Counted from the stretch's first letter, positions 34,607-52,238 are shown. The stretch: DNA of 64,000 bases from Eledone cirrhosa (GCA_964016885.1 OZ024741.1:104098001-104162000); one strand, 5' to 3'. A program made the numbers and translations. The notes: generated by a model not told the origin, from the letters alone.

Positions 34607-36541
34607 CTAGGATTTCAAGAAAAGAAAAATCAACTTAGCAAATCTTCCACACTTCTAGAGTAACTAAGAATTTGAAGTCAGACATGATAACCATTGGTTT
34701 GAGATAGGAAAGATCTTGGCATGTTGTTGTTTTCGTTATAGCTCAAACTAAGGGTGGTGGATTGGCAGAATTGTTAGAGTGACAGGTAAAATGTCATTGT
34801 GACATTTGTTCCGGCTCTTTATGTTCTGAGTTCAAATCCTGCCTTTCATCCTTCTGGAGTTGATAAAATAAAGTACCGGTCAAATGCTGGGTCAATATAA
34901 TTTGCTTTCCATTCCCTCATAATTACTGGCCCTGTACCTAAAGTAGAAATTCTGATAGCTCACACTTATGCAAGATAGCTGGCCTACTATAAGGTTGCAT
35001 CTCACAGGTTTCTTTGGTGTTTTAATGATAGGAGCTCCAGTTCTATCTTCAAAATATTCTTTCTCCAGCTATGGATGATACTCATATTTTTTTTATGTGT
35101 GAACTGGAGCAATTTGAAATGAAGTGTCTTGTTCAAGGATACATGCCACTAGTGCAGGAATCAAACTCATGACCTTATGATTAAGAGTTTAACACTTTAA
35201 CCACTAGGCCATGTGTCTTCAGATGGCATGGCTATGTAGTTAAGAAGTTTGCTTTACAACCTCCTAGCTTCTGGCTATATTCCACTGTGCAACATTTTAA
35301 TATATATAATATTAATTTTAAAAATATTTTTTCAGAGAAAGGCCTCAAATTTCATATAGCCTCAGCAGTTTGGCCTTTCCCTGAGTTTGCTAACTGCTCC
35401 AGGAAAGATGTTTATTTAGACATTACTGCTACATGCTTATTTTATCATATTTCTTATTCAATTCCCCTTCTAAGGTGGCAAATAAACGTGAGTGAAGCAT
35501 GGCTCTTAACTAGCTAAGTCTAGTGAATATTAACTGAAGAGAATTATAAGGGTTAATATCAAATACAATGTACAAGAAAAAGAAATTGAGAAAATTATGA
35601 GTTGTCTACATGTTTTGAAACTTGTTCTGGTGCACTGCTCTCTGAGTCTAAGTCCTGTCAAAGTTAACTTTACTTATCTTTCTCTTGGGATCCATAAATA
35701 AATTACCAGTACAGAGGCAGCGGAGTTGCAGTCAGATGAGACTTTTTGTGGTCCCTGGCCTAGCTCTGTGCCTTCTGAATTCAAATTTTGCCTCCCTTGA
35801 CCAGGAGTTGGGACAAACATAGTATCAGCAACAGCATGACTAACAGAAACTCTGTTTCCTTGGACTGATCTGATGATCGGTTCCTTTCAACTGCTAGGAG
35901 TTGTGACTGACAGACAATATCAGCAATGATTTAATCTGATGGTTAACTCCTTTCTTCTGGAATGTGATACAGAAATAAGGAATTATTCTTGTTTCTTTAG
36001 GTTTGAGGGTTGGGGTGTCCTAACAGTTAAAGTGTGGGAGTTCATGAGATGGGCTGTACCAGTAATTCAGTGGGCTGACCTTGTTACACAATGTTATGCT
36101 GAATCTCCTTCAGAATTACATTAGGGGCATGCATATCTGTAGAATGTTTAGCCACTTATACATTAATACAAGACGGACTATAACTGTAATTCAAAGGGCC
36201 AGTCTTATCACACACTCTCATGTGGACTCTGTGAGAATTATGTTAAAGCCACATGTTTGTGTTAGTGGTTGAGTATTCCATAATCTAATGAGTAGATCTT
36301 TCTGTGGAGCAAATAATGGGAACTCTTATCGTTGAAACTGGCAGAGATCTGTGAAATGGCCCGAGGCTGCAGTTTGTAATACTGTAGAGCGAGTAATACA
36401 CTCATTAATTGTAGGATACTCCCACCACATCTATTTTGTAGTGAAGACTATTACTTATATGGCATTGGTGTTTTTTCAATTACGACTGACCTGTGACCAT
36501 ACAACAATAACAACATCAATAAGAACAGTAATGTTATTTAC

Positions 36542-36633
36542 TTTTGGTTCTGTTTCCTCATCTCCCAGTCCATTTTTTCAGCAGATATTTCAATATTTTG
36601 GAATGTACCCGAGGAAAGTGACTCTTTCATGAT
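36542..36633 (-). CDS. TRPA1: TRPA1-like exon
   Basis: tttccacAG / GTAAAT, 92 nt (phase 0 to 2); IMKESLSSGTFQNIEISAEKMDWEMRKQNQK vs human LEMEILKQKYR. Confidence 0.85.
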
Positions 36634-37936
36634 CTGTGGAAATATAGGAAAGTGGTGTTAGAGGGGAACTGACTGTAGTGATGGGCACAGGATATGATAA
36701 ATACCAAAATTATGTATGTAGTCTGATTGGCTTAGACATGCCAGCTCCCAGCAATACATAGCTGCTTTCGTCAGCTTAGATGAATCTTGCCAGCTCTCAA
36801 ATATATGTGTAGCAATGGAAGTTATTGGTGGATAGAATTGATGTGTTTGTTCAGTGTTTTATGTTCATTGTGGGGATGCAGAGGTTGTAGTATTTTGTTG
36901 GCTTGATGGGTGATTATTCAGGTAGACTTGTACCATGTAAAGCGCTGTGTGAAATGCCATTGAATGAACAAATAAAACATGATCGCTACTTAAATGTACT
37001 TATTAATTAACCTGCTATGGGGTTATTGTTAACAAGGCTTAAGTTGTGATGTATATGTGTACAATGATTCAAAAGATGGTATTTACCATACTTCTGTAAT
37101 GTGATGATGGTCGTTTGCCTGGCAGCTAGAGAGACAGATCCAAAGGGTCTGTGTGAGATAGTGGACTACACTTTAACTGCTTGGGATCAACTCTGCAACT
37201 CCATTTTTTTACTCTGGGAGCTGGCTATTTATTACTATTGCTAATTCTGTCTCCGGAACAAGACAAAGCCGATGGCTGTTTGTTATGTCAAAACCTTAGA
37301 CATATTGGTGACTAAAAACCGATAAACCAAGGAAACTTGTCTATGAGGCCATCAAAGGTCATTTTATTTGTGGCCGCTTGATAGTGTGAAAGAAACTCTA
37401 TTGGGAGAGTATCAAATTACTGCTACATATGTAGTCAGTCAACTAGATGGATTTATGCCATTTTGTAGTGTATATCAAAAAGAATCGTCTGATTTTGTTT
37501 AATGTTTTTACAAATGTTCAGTATGTAAATAACTTTGTAAAAGTTATAAAAAAAAAAGAATAAAACTTTATATTCAAACATGTATTGTACAACTTACTGC
37601 ATGATTATATGGTCATTTGTTTCAGTAGCCTTTCTGATACACCCTGTATAGTCAGCCAGGCTGAGCCATCCCAGCTCCAAGTAATATGTAGTTATAGTTA
37701 GCTTGGCTAAATGATGGCTAGCTCTCAGCTATATCAGCTGGCCTTCGACATTCCAGCTCCCAAGCTATATGTAGTCAGTTATTTGGACTAAGACAAGCCA
37801 GGTCCCAGCTATAGTCAGCTCGGACGAGTCGTGCAAGTTTCCTGCTGTATGTAGGCTGAGCCAAGCCGGTTCTCCGCTCAATTTGTTTTAAGAAGAGAAC
37901 AACAACAAAAAGAAAAAAGTAAAGTAATTTATTTAC

Positions 37937-38047
37937 ACTCTGGAAATATTTTCCTTTTTCATTGGGGTAAACTTTGAATGTTTCTTTGTCAAACCGTTTC
38001 AGAAGTCGCGTTGGTAGCACTCTCTCAATGGATGTATGGTTGCTTAC
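37937..38047 (-). CDS. TRPA1: TRPA1-like exon after the TRP-like helix
   Basis: cttacAG / GTAAAT, 111 nt; VSNHTSIERVLPTRLLKRFDKETFKVYPNEKG vs human VELHTSLEKKLPLWFLRKVDQKSTIVYPNK. Confidence 0.9.
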
Positions 38048-39543
38048 CTGTAAGTAGAAATAATAGGTTGTATGTATGTAGGGACCTGTAACTCCCGATC
38101 GAATCATAGGGGCACCGTCATGACAAACGGAATGTCTTGGGTACTTTTTAAACCCATATACTCTGTCTGAACAAGCTGATTTCTTCCAGAGAAGACAAGA
38201 TAGTGAGGAATAGATATATAGAAAGAATCGACTCAGTACTGAACTGGTATCTTATGCGCGCGCGTATATATATATATATATAAAATTTAGTGTATAAACA
38301 CTGATAAACATTACACACACGCATATATATATATTACACATACAGCGAGAGGATGAGAGAATATATATATATATATAAATATCAATCCCAGTACTAGATT
38401 GGTATTTTTATTTATCGACCCCGAAAGGACGAAGGGCAAAGTTGACCTCGGCAGGATTTGAACTAAGAGAGTGCAGAGAAAACCAAAACAAGTACGACAA
38501 AGTATTCTATATAATTGTTTCTACTTTAGGTACAAGGCCAGCAATTACCCAGTGCATTACTGGTACTTTGTTTTATCGACCCCGTAAGGATGAAAGGCGG
38601 GATTTGAACTCAGATTGTAAAGAGACGTAACTATGCTTGAAAGCATGGCATCCGACCCTCTACCGATACTGTCAATCCACCGCCAAGTATTCTATATAAT
38701 GATCTAACTCTGCCAAATTGACGCCTGCTAGGTTACAATTATCTCTATGTATATCTATATATCTAAAACAGAGAATGTCTGTCTGTCAGCTCACTAAAAC
38801 TCGAGAACCACCCAACCGATTGTTTACAAATTTTACACATGTAATACTTATGGTCCTGTGAGTGTTTAGAGCAAAAAAAAATTTTTCTATGCTCTAGGGA
38901 CCGCATTAGGCGAAAAAGCGATCTCTCTATAATTCTTCGTCTTTCTCTTTTTAGATAGATACATAGATATAATGTTGCGCCCTTATATCTGTCGGGCTGT
39001 CTGCATTACATTATGACGCGGTGTGTGTGTATATATGTAGTGTGTAACGTTTTACGAAATATTTACTTCTGCGTTCACTGATTTTTTTTTTTTTTTTTTT
39101 TTTTGATTTTTTATTTTAGTTTCAGAAGATCCGTTAAGGGTGAAAGCAGCGATTCTTTGCTTAAACTTTAATCTATTATTTTAATATATATATAATTATA
39201 TATTCGTGTACAGATACTTTTGCATACACAATAACAAAATATAAACAAAAGTATTGCTTTCGCGATAAAGTATTGATTTTCTTCGCACGGAAAAAAACCC
39301 TGGTAATCTACGACGAATTTTTTTTTTTATAAGCACAAAATGTAGACACCATCCCGAGGCTGAGGTATTCCGTACTTCTCTGTACTGTTATATATATATG
39401 TATATATATAATTATATATCGTGTACAGATATTTTTGCATACACAATAACAAAATATAAACAAACGTATTTATTTCACGAGGCTCGATAAGGATAAATAT
39501 ATATCATTTTTGCATACACAATCACAAAATATAAACAAAAGTA

Positions 39544-42500
39544 ATTAGGAGAGATGGTCACCATTTTTAGAAGGTTGCGTTGTTTTACGATTTAGAGGGG
39601 AGTTCGTTTCCCTAACTTGGCTGCTAGGCCATCTCTTCTATTTGTTGTTAGGTGTAGGTAAACAATTAAGCAAAAAGAACAGACCTCGAGATTAATCAGA
39701 GCAATAAACAAAACGGGTTATATCAGTTGCTCCTTGATTGGTAATTCGTAATTATCATTAAGTGGCGGTGTTCAAATATCCCGTGACCGCATGGTGCAAT
39801 ATCGCTGTTTCGCCACAGTGAAATGCGTCTGGTCGCCTCAAGAGACTAAGTCGAAGCGAGTGTATTCAGCTACTGACGTCAGAACTAAGGGCAGTTAATC
39901 GACTGCCTCCAAAGTCAAAGCTAGGTGGCGTGATCTTCTACATAGTCTCCCACCAGATTTTTAGAAAAAGAAAAAAAAATCAGTTCATTGGACCATGTAT
40001 GTAGAAAAACGATGAGCAACTAGCAAAAACCCCAAACCAAGGAGCAATCAGCCCAACCGAGCATGAAGGGCACAACAAATTTCAAAAGAACATATGAAAC
40101 AAGCATGCAAGAACGAGAAAGAAAAAAAATTATAATAAAATGTAAATACAATTTTTAAAAGTTCAAATCGTTCAAATAGAAAATACAGGATTAAAGCGCC
40201 GCACAATAGCAGCTTAAAAATATACAGTGCTACACAGTTTTTTGGGCCAATGAACCCTCCGACGGGAACGGGTCGTAGTCTTATATCTTGGTAATGAGAG
40301 GGACGAAGAAGCAGGTGTGTGCGCGAAAGAAAAAGACGGGGTCGTTTGTGACTCAGGTGTGATAGCGTCTGTGTCCAAATGTGCTCGTTTGAGTCGATCA
40401 ATAGAAACCGTCTCTCTGGAACCCTTAATGTCTACAGTGAAATGTTTCTCGGAACTAGCTAATACACGGTAGGCTCCAATAGTACGGTTGTGTGAAAGAT
40501 GGTCTCACAGCATGGGTCCACGAGGCAATATCCCTCGGGACTGCAGATTTTACAGTTTGCTTCCTCGTATCCATCGTCGGCAGGTCCTGAAAATAAGAAC
40601 GCAGACGGGATACGAAGGAAAGCGGATCTTGTGCAGCAAGATCGACAGGGGCAAGCATTTGCCCAGGTAACGCTAGAGGAGCACCATATAATAATTCGGC
40701 CAGGGAGAACCCAAGGTCCTCCTTTATTGTTGACCGAATCCCCAACAACACAATAGGGAGGTACTCGCTCCAACGCATAGAGTCAGGAGAAATCCGTAGA
40801 GCGGCTTTTAGTTGTCGGTGGAAGCGCTCCACCATTCCATTGGAGGCAGGATGATATGCAGTCGTTCGGATGCGTTTAGCGCCGATGATTTTCGTTAATT
40901 CATGGAAGAGGTTCGATTCAAACTGCCTTCCACGGTCCGTGGTAATTGACGTTAGTACTCCATATCGAGCGATCCATCCAGACACAAGGGCACGCGCTGT
41001 CGTCTCAGCAGTGATATCTTTCAAGGGGATGACTTCAGGCCATCGCGAAAAACGATCGATAACAGTCAATATGTAATTATGACCACCGCTGATTGGCCAA
41101 GGTCCCAGGATGTCCACATGAATGTGGCGAAACCGAGCGTCCGGGTTACTAAAAGTACCTAGAGGAGTCTTAACATACCTGTGAACTTTTGATTTCTGGC
41201 AAGCAGCACAGGAACGGCACCAAACAGTAATATCACGTCTCATATTTGGCCAGAAGAATCTAGCCGTTATGAGTTTTACTGTGGCAGAAGATCCTGGATG
41301 TGAAATGCCGTGTAAAACAAGAAACACAGTTCGACGATGGTTCAACGGAACAAAAGGGCGTAGCTCATCCAAAGAGACGTCGCAGAGGATCCGTCCGTCT
41401 GCGGTCGATAATGGTAGGTATTTCATCCTGCAATTCACAAATTCAGACGATGTAACATCCAACGATTCGAGGGGAGGCTGATCGGCTGCCAAGCGATTCA
41501 AATCTATGTCATCGGACGACGAGATCGAAGCAATCGGCAAACGAGACAGGGCGTCGGCCGCTGTATTCATAGAACCCGGAATATGTTGAATATCATTAGT
41601 AAATTGAGAGATGAGGTCGAGATGTCTAGTTTCTCTGGGCGAGTATTTGTCGGCCTTTGCGTGCAAGGCGAATGTCAACGGCTTGTGGTCCGTGAAGATG
41701 GTGAACGTTCTTCCTTCAAGAATGTGCGAAAAATGCTTCACCGATAAGTATATAGCTAACAACTCCCGTCCAAAGGTGCTGTAGCGGATTTCGGCAGGTT
41801 TCAGCTTCCTGGAGAAAAATTACAACGGTTGCTGTTGATCATTCCTACCTTGTTGTAAAACTGCACCCACGGCAGTATCCGACGCATCAACACAAAGCGA
41901 AAGCTTACCATTGGACACTGGGTGAGTCAGCAAAGATGCATTGGCTAGAGCAATTTTCGCATTCTCAAAATCCTCGAGCTGAGTTTCATTCAAAGAAATG
42001 TCTTTATTTTTCTTTCGGCAATTTTTCCAAATTTCCGTCAAAGAGAAGAGTAGCTTAGCACAATTAGGCACAAACCGCCTATAAAAATTAATCAGCCCCA
42101 AGAATTGGCGCAACTGACGGAGTGAGGTTGGTGGAGGTAAATCCTCTATAGCTTTAACTCTCCCAGGAATAGGTCGAATACCGTCAGCGTCAATGACGTG
42201 GCCCAAAAATTCAGAGATTCGGAACCAAAAACACATTTTGATGGATTAATCCGGACATTGTAATCCCTCAAACGACAAAATAGAAGTTCCAGATGGCGCA
42301 AATGCTGCTCTGGAGAAGAGCTAGCAACAAGATCATCAATATATGTGTATTCAAAATCGAGCCGCGAGTGACCTGATCCATAAATCGCTGGAAGGTGCTA
42401 GCAGCATTTCTTAACCCGAAAGGCATGGTGAGAAATTCAAAAGATCCAAATGGCGTAGTTATAGCCGTTTTCGGGATGTCGTCTCTGTTGACAGGAATTT

Positions 42501-45141
42501 GGTTATAGGCTCGTATCAAATCGAGTTTCGAAAAAAATGTTACAACTTTGCAACGAGGATGCAAAATCCTGCAGATGAGGGATAGGATACCGATCCGGTA
42601 CGGTCATCGAGTTCAATCGTCTATAATCCCCTGTGGGTCTCCAATCGCCAGAAGATTTTGGCACCATATGTAATGGAGATGCCCACGGGCTCGTGGAAGG
42701 ACGAATAATTCCGAGCTGCAGCATATGATCGAACTCGGACCGTGCTGCTTTCAGTTTGTCCGTTGGCAATCGACGGGGACGCGAAAAAACCGGAGCGCCA
42801 GTAGTACTAATGAAATGCTCCGTGGCGTGGTTCGGATCAGTGACTCTAAAATTTCCATGAGTCAGTTGCGGGAACGATTTCAACAATCCATGATATGGGT
42901 TTCCGGAGTTAGCGATGAAGAATGTCGGGCTAACTGTAGAAACTTCTGCTGTCCTGCCACAAAGAGAAAAACCAGTAATATCGTCGACTAGGCGTTGGTG
43001 ACGGACGTCCACCGTCAAAGAAAAATGGTGCAGGAAGTCCGCGCCCAAAATCGGGTATGGCAGGTCGGCAACAGTGAAAACCCATTTGAAATCCCGACGA
43101 AGATTTCGAAACTGTAGAGGAAGCGAGATCTGTCCAAAAGTTCGGATTGGTGACTGGTTGGCAGCTTGCAATTCAATCGACGACTCGGGAGGAGTTACTG
43201 TCATACAATTAACAGGCCAAATACTGCATGAAGCTCCTGTGTCTACGAGGAAGGCTCTTCCAGACAGGAGGTCCTCTATGAAGAAATGGCGGTTCTGTTG
43301 TGTGTCACAGAATTCACTTGCCGCCTTTAGTGACTCTGATCTACATTTCCCGAAGCTGAATATATACATGGAGGCCGGCAATGTTTTGCCTTATCCGCGA
43401 AGGTGGCATGATACCAGCAAAATAATGGATTGCTGGCGGGCAAAGTAGTATGCTGACGTAGAGTAGCGAAAGAACGCGAACGACTCCTAGGCCGCCGGGA
43501 ATACGGCCTATTCTCCCTGCATAACCGAGCGACTTGCTGCGTCAAAGCGTCAATAGCTTTTAACATGGCATCCTCGCGTGTCGAGACGGGCTTATTCGAA
43601 TGTGAAGAAGAAGCAACACACGAGTCCGGGGCGGCAGCCTTTCTAGAAAATTCCACGATTCGATCAGCGGAAGCAGCAATTTGCTCTAAAGAGCTGGTAT
43701 CCACAATGTTTGCCAAGATAATTTGGACGTTGTTTGGTAGGCGAGAGAAAATAGTTTTTTTATGAATGGGCTATCTTCGTCGGTTGAGTCGCTGAGGTCT
43801 CTGATGTGTCGCAAAAATTCAGACGGTGTTCTGTCACCTAAACACACGACCTCCAACAATGAACGAAATCTGCTTTCAGCAGAACGACTGTTTCTTCTTA
43901 ATATTTCTTCTTGTAACGAATCATATGAAATACCGGCCGACGGGTCGGTTATGAAATCCTTCACCGTTGTAGCGAGTGAAGAAGGAATGCCGCTTATCAA
44001 AACGTTGAGCTTCTGCTCTGTTTTCACTCCGTTCGCAGCGAAATATGCGTCAAGTTGTGCAAACCAGAGTTTGGGGATCACATGAGAACGCAGGTAAATT
44101 AGGACCACTCATTGTCAATCTATATCAACTTGGACGTATAAAAGTAAGTGATATTCACGTAAAAAGAATGCAGAAATTTCTTTAGATGTTCAGAACAACG
44201 GGAAAACAGCACAAATTTCCCTCAACATCCATAAAGGCAGAAGAACGGAAAAAAATAAATAAATGTTCTCAAGTGTCCATAACAGGGAAAATAATCCGGC
44301 GAATTTGTAAAAAACAATCCGAAGTCGACAAGTCAAATCACTTCATGGCAGGAACTCTAAAAAAATATATATATATCGACAGCATATCACGCTGCTCAGT
44401 TAAGGTCGGAAAAAGACCACATCACGTGATGCGTCTCAGCCAATCAGATGGCTGCATTTCGGAGAAGAAAGACAATTGGCGGGAAAATTATCGGATATTA
44501 CAAAAATTAAGAATTCTTCTTTTTCTTTTGGTTTGTCTGATTAAAAAGAAATGTTCAAAAAATGTTGATAATCATTTTGTTTTTTTTGTTTGTTTTTTGT
44601 TATATATTCACTGCACAGAGAATAGCATAATAGAAGATATAAGTGTTTCGCTTATAAATGCTCAACCACATGTATTATCAGAAGGTTGCCATTTTATAGA
44701 GTTCGATGCTCGGGGTCAACCACTTTAGGAGAGATGGTCACCATTTTTAGAAGGTTGCGTTGTTTTACGATTTAGAGGGGAGTTCGTTTCCCTAACTTGG
44801 CTGCTAGGCCATCTCTTCTATTTTTTGTTAGGTGTAGGTAAACAATTAAGCAAAAAGAACATACCTCGAGATTATATGTACGAGAGCATTTTAATCAGAG
44901 CAATAAACAAAACGGGTTATATCAGTTGCTCCTTGATTGGTAATTCGTAATTATCATTAAGTGGCGGTGTTCAAATATCCCGTGACCGCATGGTGCAATA
45001 TCGCTGTTTCGCCACAGTGATATGCGTCTGGTCGCCTCAAGAGACTAAGTCGAAGCGAGTGTATTCAGCTACTGACGTCAGAACTAAGGGCAGTTAATCG
45101 ACTGCCTCCAAAGTCAAAGCTAGGTGGCGTGATCTTCTACA
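39544..45141 (-). mobile_element. Full-length but inactivated Gypsy LTR retrotransposon
   Basis: LTRs ~44724-45141 and ~39544-39942, TSD AGTA, PBS TGGTTGACCCCG, PPT; gag (PKLWFAQLD.., CWYH..F..KA..C.PPC), protease, RT, RNase H, integrase with frameshifts. Confidence 0.95.
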
Positions 45142-45289
45142 AGTATTTATTTCGCGATAAAGTATTGATTTTCTTCACAAGGAAAAAACCCCTGGTAATC
45201 TGCGATGTATTTTTTTTTATAAGCACAAAATGTAGACACCATCTCGAGGCCGGAGTATTCCGTACTTCTCTGTACTGTTATATATATAC

Positions 45290-45329
<40 letters not shown>

Positions 45330-46308
45330 TATATATATATATTATATATATTATATATATATATATTATATATATTATATATATTATATATTATATATAT
45401 TATATATATTATATATATATATATATTATATATATATATATATTATATATATTATATATATTATATATATTATATATATTATATATTATATATATTATAT
45501 ATATTATATATTATATATATTATATATATATATTATATATATATATATTATATATATTATATATTATATATATTATATATATATTATATATATTATATAT
45601 ATATATATTATATATATTATATATATTATATATATTATATATATATATTATATATTATATATATTATATATATATTATATATATTATATATATATATATT
45701 ATATATATTATATATATATATTATATATATTATATATATATATATTATATATAATATATATATATATATTACATATATTATATATATATATTATATATAT
45801 ATATTATATATATTATATATATATATTATATATATATATTATATATATATTATATATATATATTATATATATATTATATATATATTATATATATATTATA
45901 TATATATATTATATATATATATTATATATATATTATATATATATATTATATATATATTATATATATATATTATATATATATTATATATATATATTATATA
46001 TAAATATTATATATATATTATATATATATATTATATATATATATTATATATATATATTATATATATATATTATATATATATATTATATATATATATATTA
46101 TATATATATATTATATATATATATTATATATATTATATATATATATTATATATATATGTTATATATATATTATATATATATTATATATATTATATATATT
46201 ATATATATTATATATATATTATATATATATATTATATATATATTATATATATTATATATATATATATATTATATATATATATTATATATATATTATATAT
46301 ATATTATA

Positions 46309-46340
<32 letters not shown>

Positions 46341-46379
46341 TATATTATATATATTATATATATATATTATATATATATA

Positions 46380-46579
46380 NNNNNNNNNNNNNNNNNNNNN
46401 NNNNNNNNNNNNNNNNNNNNNNNNNNNNNNNNNNNNNNNNNNNNNNNNNNNNNNNNNNNNNNNNNNNNNNNNNNNNNNNNNNNNNNNNNNNNNNNNNNNN
46501 NNNNNNNNNNNNNNNNNNNNNNNNNNNNNNNNNNNNNNNNNNNNNNNNNNNNNNNNNNNNNNNNNNNNNNNNNNNNNNN
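46380..46579. other. Assembly gap (200 N)
   Basis: Run of n characters. Confidence 1.
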
Positions 46580-46916
46580 CACTACACCTGTGACAATTAT
46601 TGACACAGTGTTGGGGCCTTGGTACCATGTGACGACAAGTGTAGAGAGATCTCCAGATATAAAGCAATGCCTGTGCCGTGAAGCTTTTATAGTGAGCAAA
46701 GGCACTGCACAAAGCCAGTCCCACTCTCTTAACCCGAGTTGATATTTACCAAAAAGAAGAATAAGTCAACATCATTGGATACCATCAGGGTTGCAGGTGT
46801 TATATCAGAGTTTTCCTTCTCCTAGAATTCTGCCTTGACAAAGGCTAAGGGGTCATATATTAATATATATATATATATATATTAATATATATATATTAAT
46901 ATATATATATTATATA

Positions 46917-46989
<73 letters not shown>

Positions 46990-47031
46990 ATACACATTAT
47001 ATATATATATATATTATTTATATATATATAT

Positions 47032-47063
<32 letters not shown>

Positions 47064-47140
47064 ATATTATATATATATATATATATATAATATATATATA
47101 TAATATATATATATAATATATATATATATATATAATATAT

Positions 47141-47193
<53 letters not shown>

Positions 47194-47197
47194 ATAT

Positions 47198-47229
<32 letters not shown>

Positions 47230-47294
47230 ATATATATATATAAATAATATATATATATATATATAATGTGTATATATATATATATAATATATAT

Positions 47295-47341
<47 letters not shown>

Positions 47342-47631
47342 TATATTAATATATATATATTAATATATATATATATATATATTAATATATTATATATATA
47401 TTAATATAATATATATATATTAATATATATATATTATATATATATATTATATATATATTATATATATATATATATATATTATATTATATATATATAATAT
47501 ATATATATATTATATTATGTATATATATATATATTATATATATTATATATATATATATATATTATATATTATATATATATATATATATTTATGTATTATA
47601 TATATATATATTATATATATATATATATTAA

Positions 47632-47820
<189 letters not shown>

Positions 47821-47989
47821 CATAAATATATATATATATATATAATATATAATATATATATATATATATATAATATATATAATATATATATATATACATA
47901 ATATAATATATATATATTATATATATATAATATAATATATATATAATATATATATAATATATATATAATATATATATATAATATATATA

Positions 47990-48031
<42 letters not shown>

Positions 48032-48098
48032 TATATATATATATATTAATATATATATATATATTAATATATATATATATATTAATATATATAAATAT

Positions 48099-48155
<57 letters not shown>

Positions 48156-48228
48156 TATATATATATATATTAATATATATATATATATTAATATATATAT
48201 ATATATATTAATATATATATATTATATA

Positions 48229-48271
<43 letters not shown>

Positions 48272-48376
48272 ATATATATTAATATATATATATATATACA
48301 CATTATATATATATATATATATTATTTATATATATATATTATATATATATATATATATATTATTATATATATATAT

Positions 48377-48429
<53 letters not shown>

Positions 48430-48473
48430 ATATATTATATATATATATATATATTATATATATATATTATATA

Positions 48474-48518
<45 letters not shown>

Positions 48519-48538
48519 ATATATATTATATATATATA

Positions 48539-48651
<113 letters not shown>

Positions 48652-48656
48652 TATAT

Positions 48657-48689
<33 letters not shown>

Positions 48690-48695
48690 ATATAT

Positions 48696-48748
<53 letters not shown>

Positions 48749-48752
48749 ATAT

Positions 48753-48784
<32 letters not shown>

Positions 48785-48851
48785 ATATATATATATAAAT
48801 AATATATATATATATATATAATGTGTATATATATATATATATAATATATAT

Positions 48852-48898
<47 letters not shown>

Positions 48899-48972
48899 TA
48901 TATTAATATATATATATTAATATATATATATATATATATTAATATATATATATATTAATATATATATATATA

Positions 48973-49031
<59 letters not shown>

Positions 49032-49083
49032 TATATATTTATATATATTAATATATATATATATATTAATATATATATATATA

Positions 49084-49131
<48 letters not shown>

Positions 49132-49238
49132 TATATATATTATATATATATATTATATTAATATATATATATATATTATATATATAATATATATATATAT
49201 ATTAATATATATATATATTAATATATATATATATATTA

Positions 49239-49270
<32 letters not shown>

Positions 49271-49313
49271 TATATATATTAATATATATATATATTAAAT
49301 ATATATATATATA

Positions 49314-49356
<43 letters not shown>

Positions 49357-49385
49357 TATATATAATATATATATATATAATATAT

Positions 49386-49442
<57 letters not shown>

Positions 49443-49598
49443 TATATATATATACTATATATGATATATATATATATATATATATAATATATATAATATA
49501 TATATATATAATATATATAATATATATATATATATAATATATATAATATATATATATATATAATATAATGTATATATAATATATATATATAATAAATA

Positions 49599-49636
<38 letters not shown>

Positions 49637-49718
49637 TATATATAATAATATATATATATATATAATGTATATATATAATATATACATATATATATATATA
49701 TAATACATATATATATGT

Positions 49719-49765
<47 letters not shown>

Positions 49766-49825
49766 TATATATATATAATATAATATATATATATTTTAAT
49801 ATATATATATATTTATATATATCTA

Positions 49826-49874
<49 letters not shown>

Positions 49875-49895
49875 TAATATATATATATAATATAT

Positions 49896-49953
<58 letters not shown>

Positions 49954-50119
49954 GATATATAATATATATAATATATATATAAATATATATATATATAATA
50001 AATATAATATATATATATATATAATATAATATATATATATATATAATAAATATAATATATATATATATATAATATAATATATATATAATATATATATATA
50101 TAATAAATTATATATATAT

Positions 50120-50226
<107 letters not shown>

Positions 50227-50253
50227 ATATATATATATATATAATATATATAT

Positions 50254-50330
<77 letters not shown>

Positions 50331-50333
50331 TAT

Positions 50334-50404
<71 letters not shown>

Positions 50405-50423
50405 ATATATATATATATATACT

Positions 50424-50457
<34 letters not shown>

Positions 50458-50483
50458 ATATATATATAATATAATATATATAT

Positions 50484-50520
<37 letters not shown>

Positions 50521-50857
50521 ATATATAATATATATATATATAATATATATATAAAATATATTATATATATATATATATTTATTATATATATATATATATA
50601 TAATATATAGTAAGAAACACAGTAAACCGTGTGTCCAAAATTACAAGGGTTGAAAAACACATTTGTTTGAAATATTTAATTTTTCACATATATATTTCTG
50701 CTCCCTCACAAGTTGAGCTTATTAAGTTGTGTGTGTTGACTGTTATTTCTATTTCTTTTCAATACACGCTTACCACGTTTGACTAGCGGAGCACGAGGTG
50801 ACAAATTCATCTTTCTGTGTGAACGTTGGCAAATAGTGTTTGTGGCATTTAATCAGA

Positions 50858-50939
50858 ATCTCTCGCTGATGAAGCCCAGGATTATCTGTTACAAACACAC
50901 TGAGGGCGAAACAGATTAGGGATAATCTGTCCGAGAGAT
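50858..50939 (+). ncRNA. Canonical type I hammerhead ribozyme
   Basis: Stem I ATCTCTCG/CGAGAGAT; CTGATGA; stem II GCCC/GGGC; GAAA; stem III CAGATTA-ggga-TAATCTG; GUC site (cut after 50931). Confidence 0.9.
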
Positions 50940-51140
50940 ATAATGGTTATTGAGGCGGTTTGTATATTTTATCATTCTGTCTGCTTCCTGCTTAAATCTT
51001 TCAAACAAATGTGGTTTTTTCAACCCTTGTAACTTTGGACACACGGTTTACTGTGTTTCTTACTATATATTATATTCAGCTCAGTATTTATACTTGGAGC
51101 TTAATAGTTGCAGGGTTCCAATTGAGTGTTAACTCTAATT

Positions 51141-51253
<113 letters not shown>

Positions 51254-51272
51254 ATATATATATATATAATAT

Positions 51273-51322
<50 letters not shown>

Positions 51323-51538
51323 ATATATATATAGTATATATATATGTATATATATTATATATATATATATTATATATATATATTATATATATATTATATA
51401 TATATATATATTATATATATATATATATATATTTTATATATATATATATATATTATATATATATATATATTATATATATATATATATAATATATATATAA
51501 TATATATATAATATATATATATAATATATATATATATA

Positions 51539-51642
<104 letters not shown>

Positions 51643-51650
51643 ATATATAT

Positions 51651-51703
<53 letters not shown>

Positions 51704-51836
51704 TATATATGAAAAATTAGAGTTAACACTAGATATATATAGATATTATATATATATATTATATTATATATATATATTATATATATATATATTTATTATA
51801 TATATATTATATATATATTATATTATATATATATAT

Positions 51837-51867
<31 letters not shown>

Positions 51868-52046
51868 ATATTATATATATATTATATATTATATTATATA
51901 TTATATATATATTATATTATATATTATATATTATACTATATTATATATATATTATATATTATATATTATATATTATACTATATTATATATATATTATATA
52001 TTATATATTATATAATATATATAATATATATATATATATTATTAAT

Positions 52047-52186
<140 letters not shown>

Positions 52187-52238
52187 ATATATATATATTA
52201 CATATATATATATATTATATATATATATATATTATATA

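Noticed and set aside
37620-37650. Single Tc1/mariner-like end (..ATACACCCTG-TA)
   Set aside because: No matching opposite TIR found by eye.
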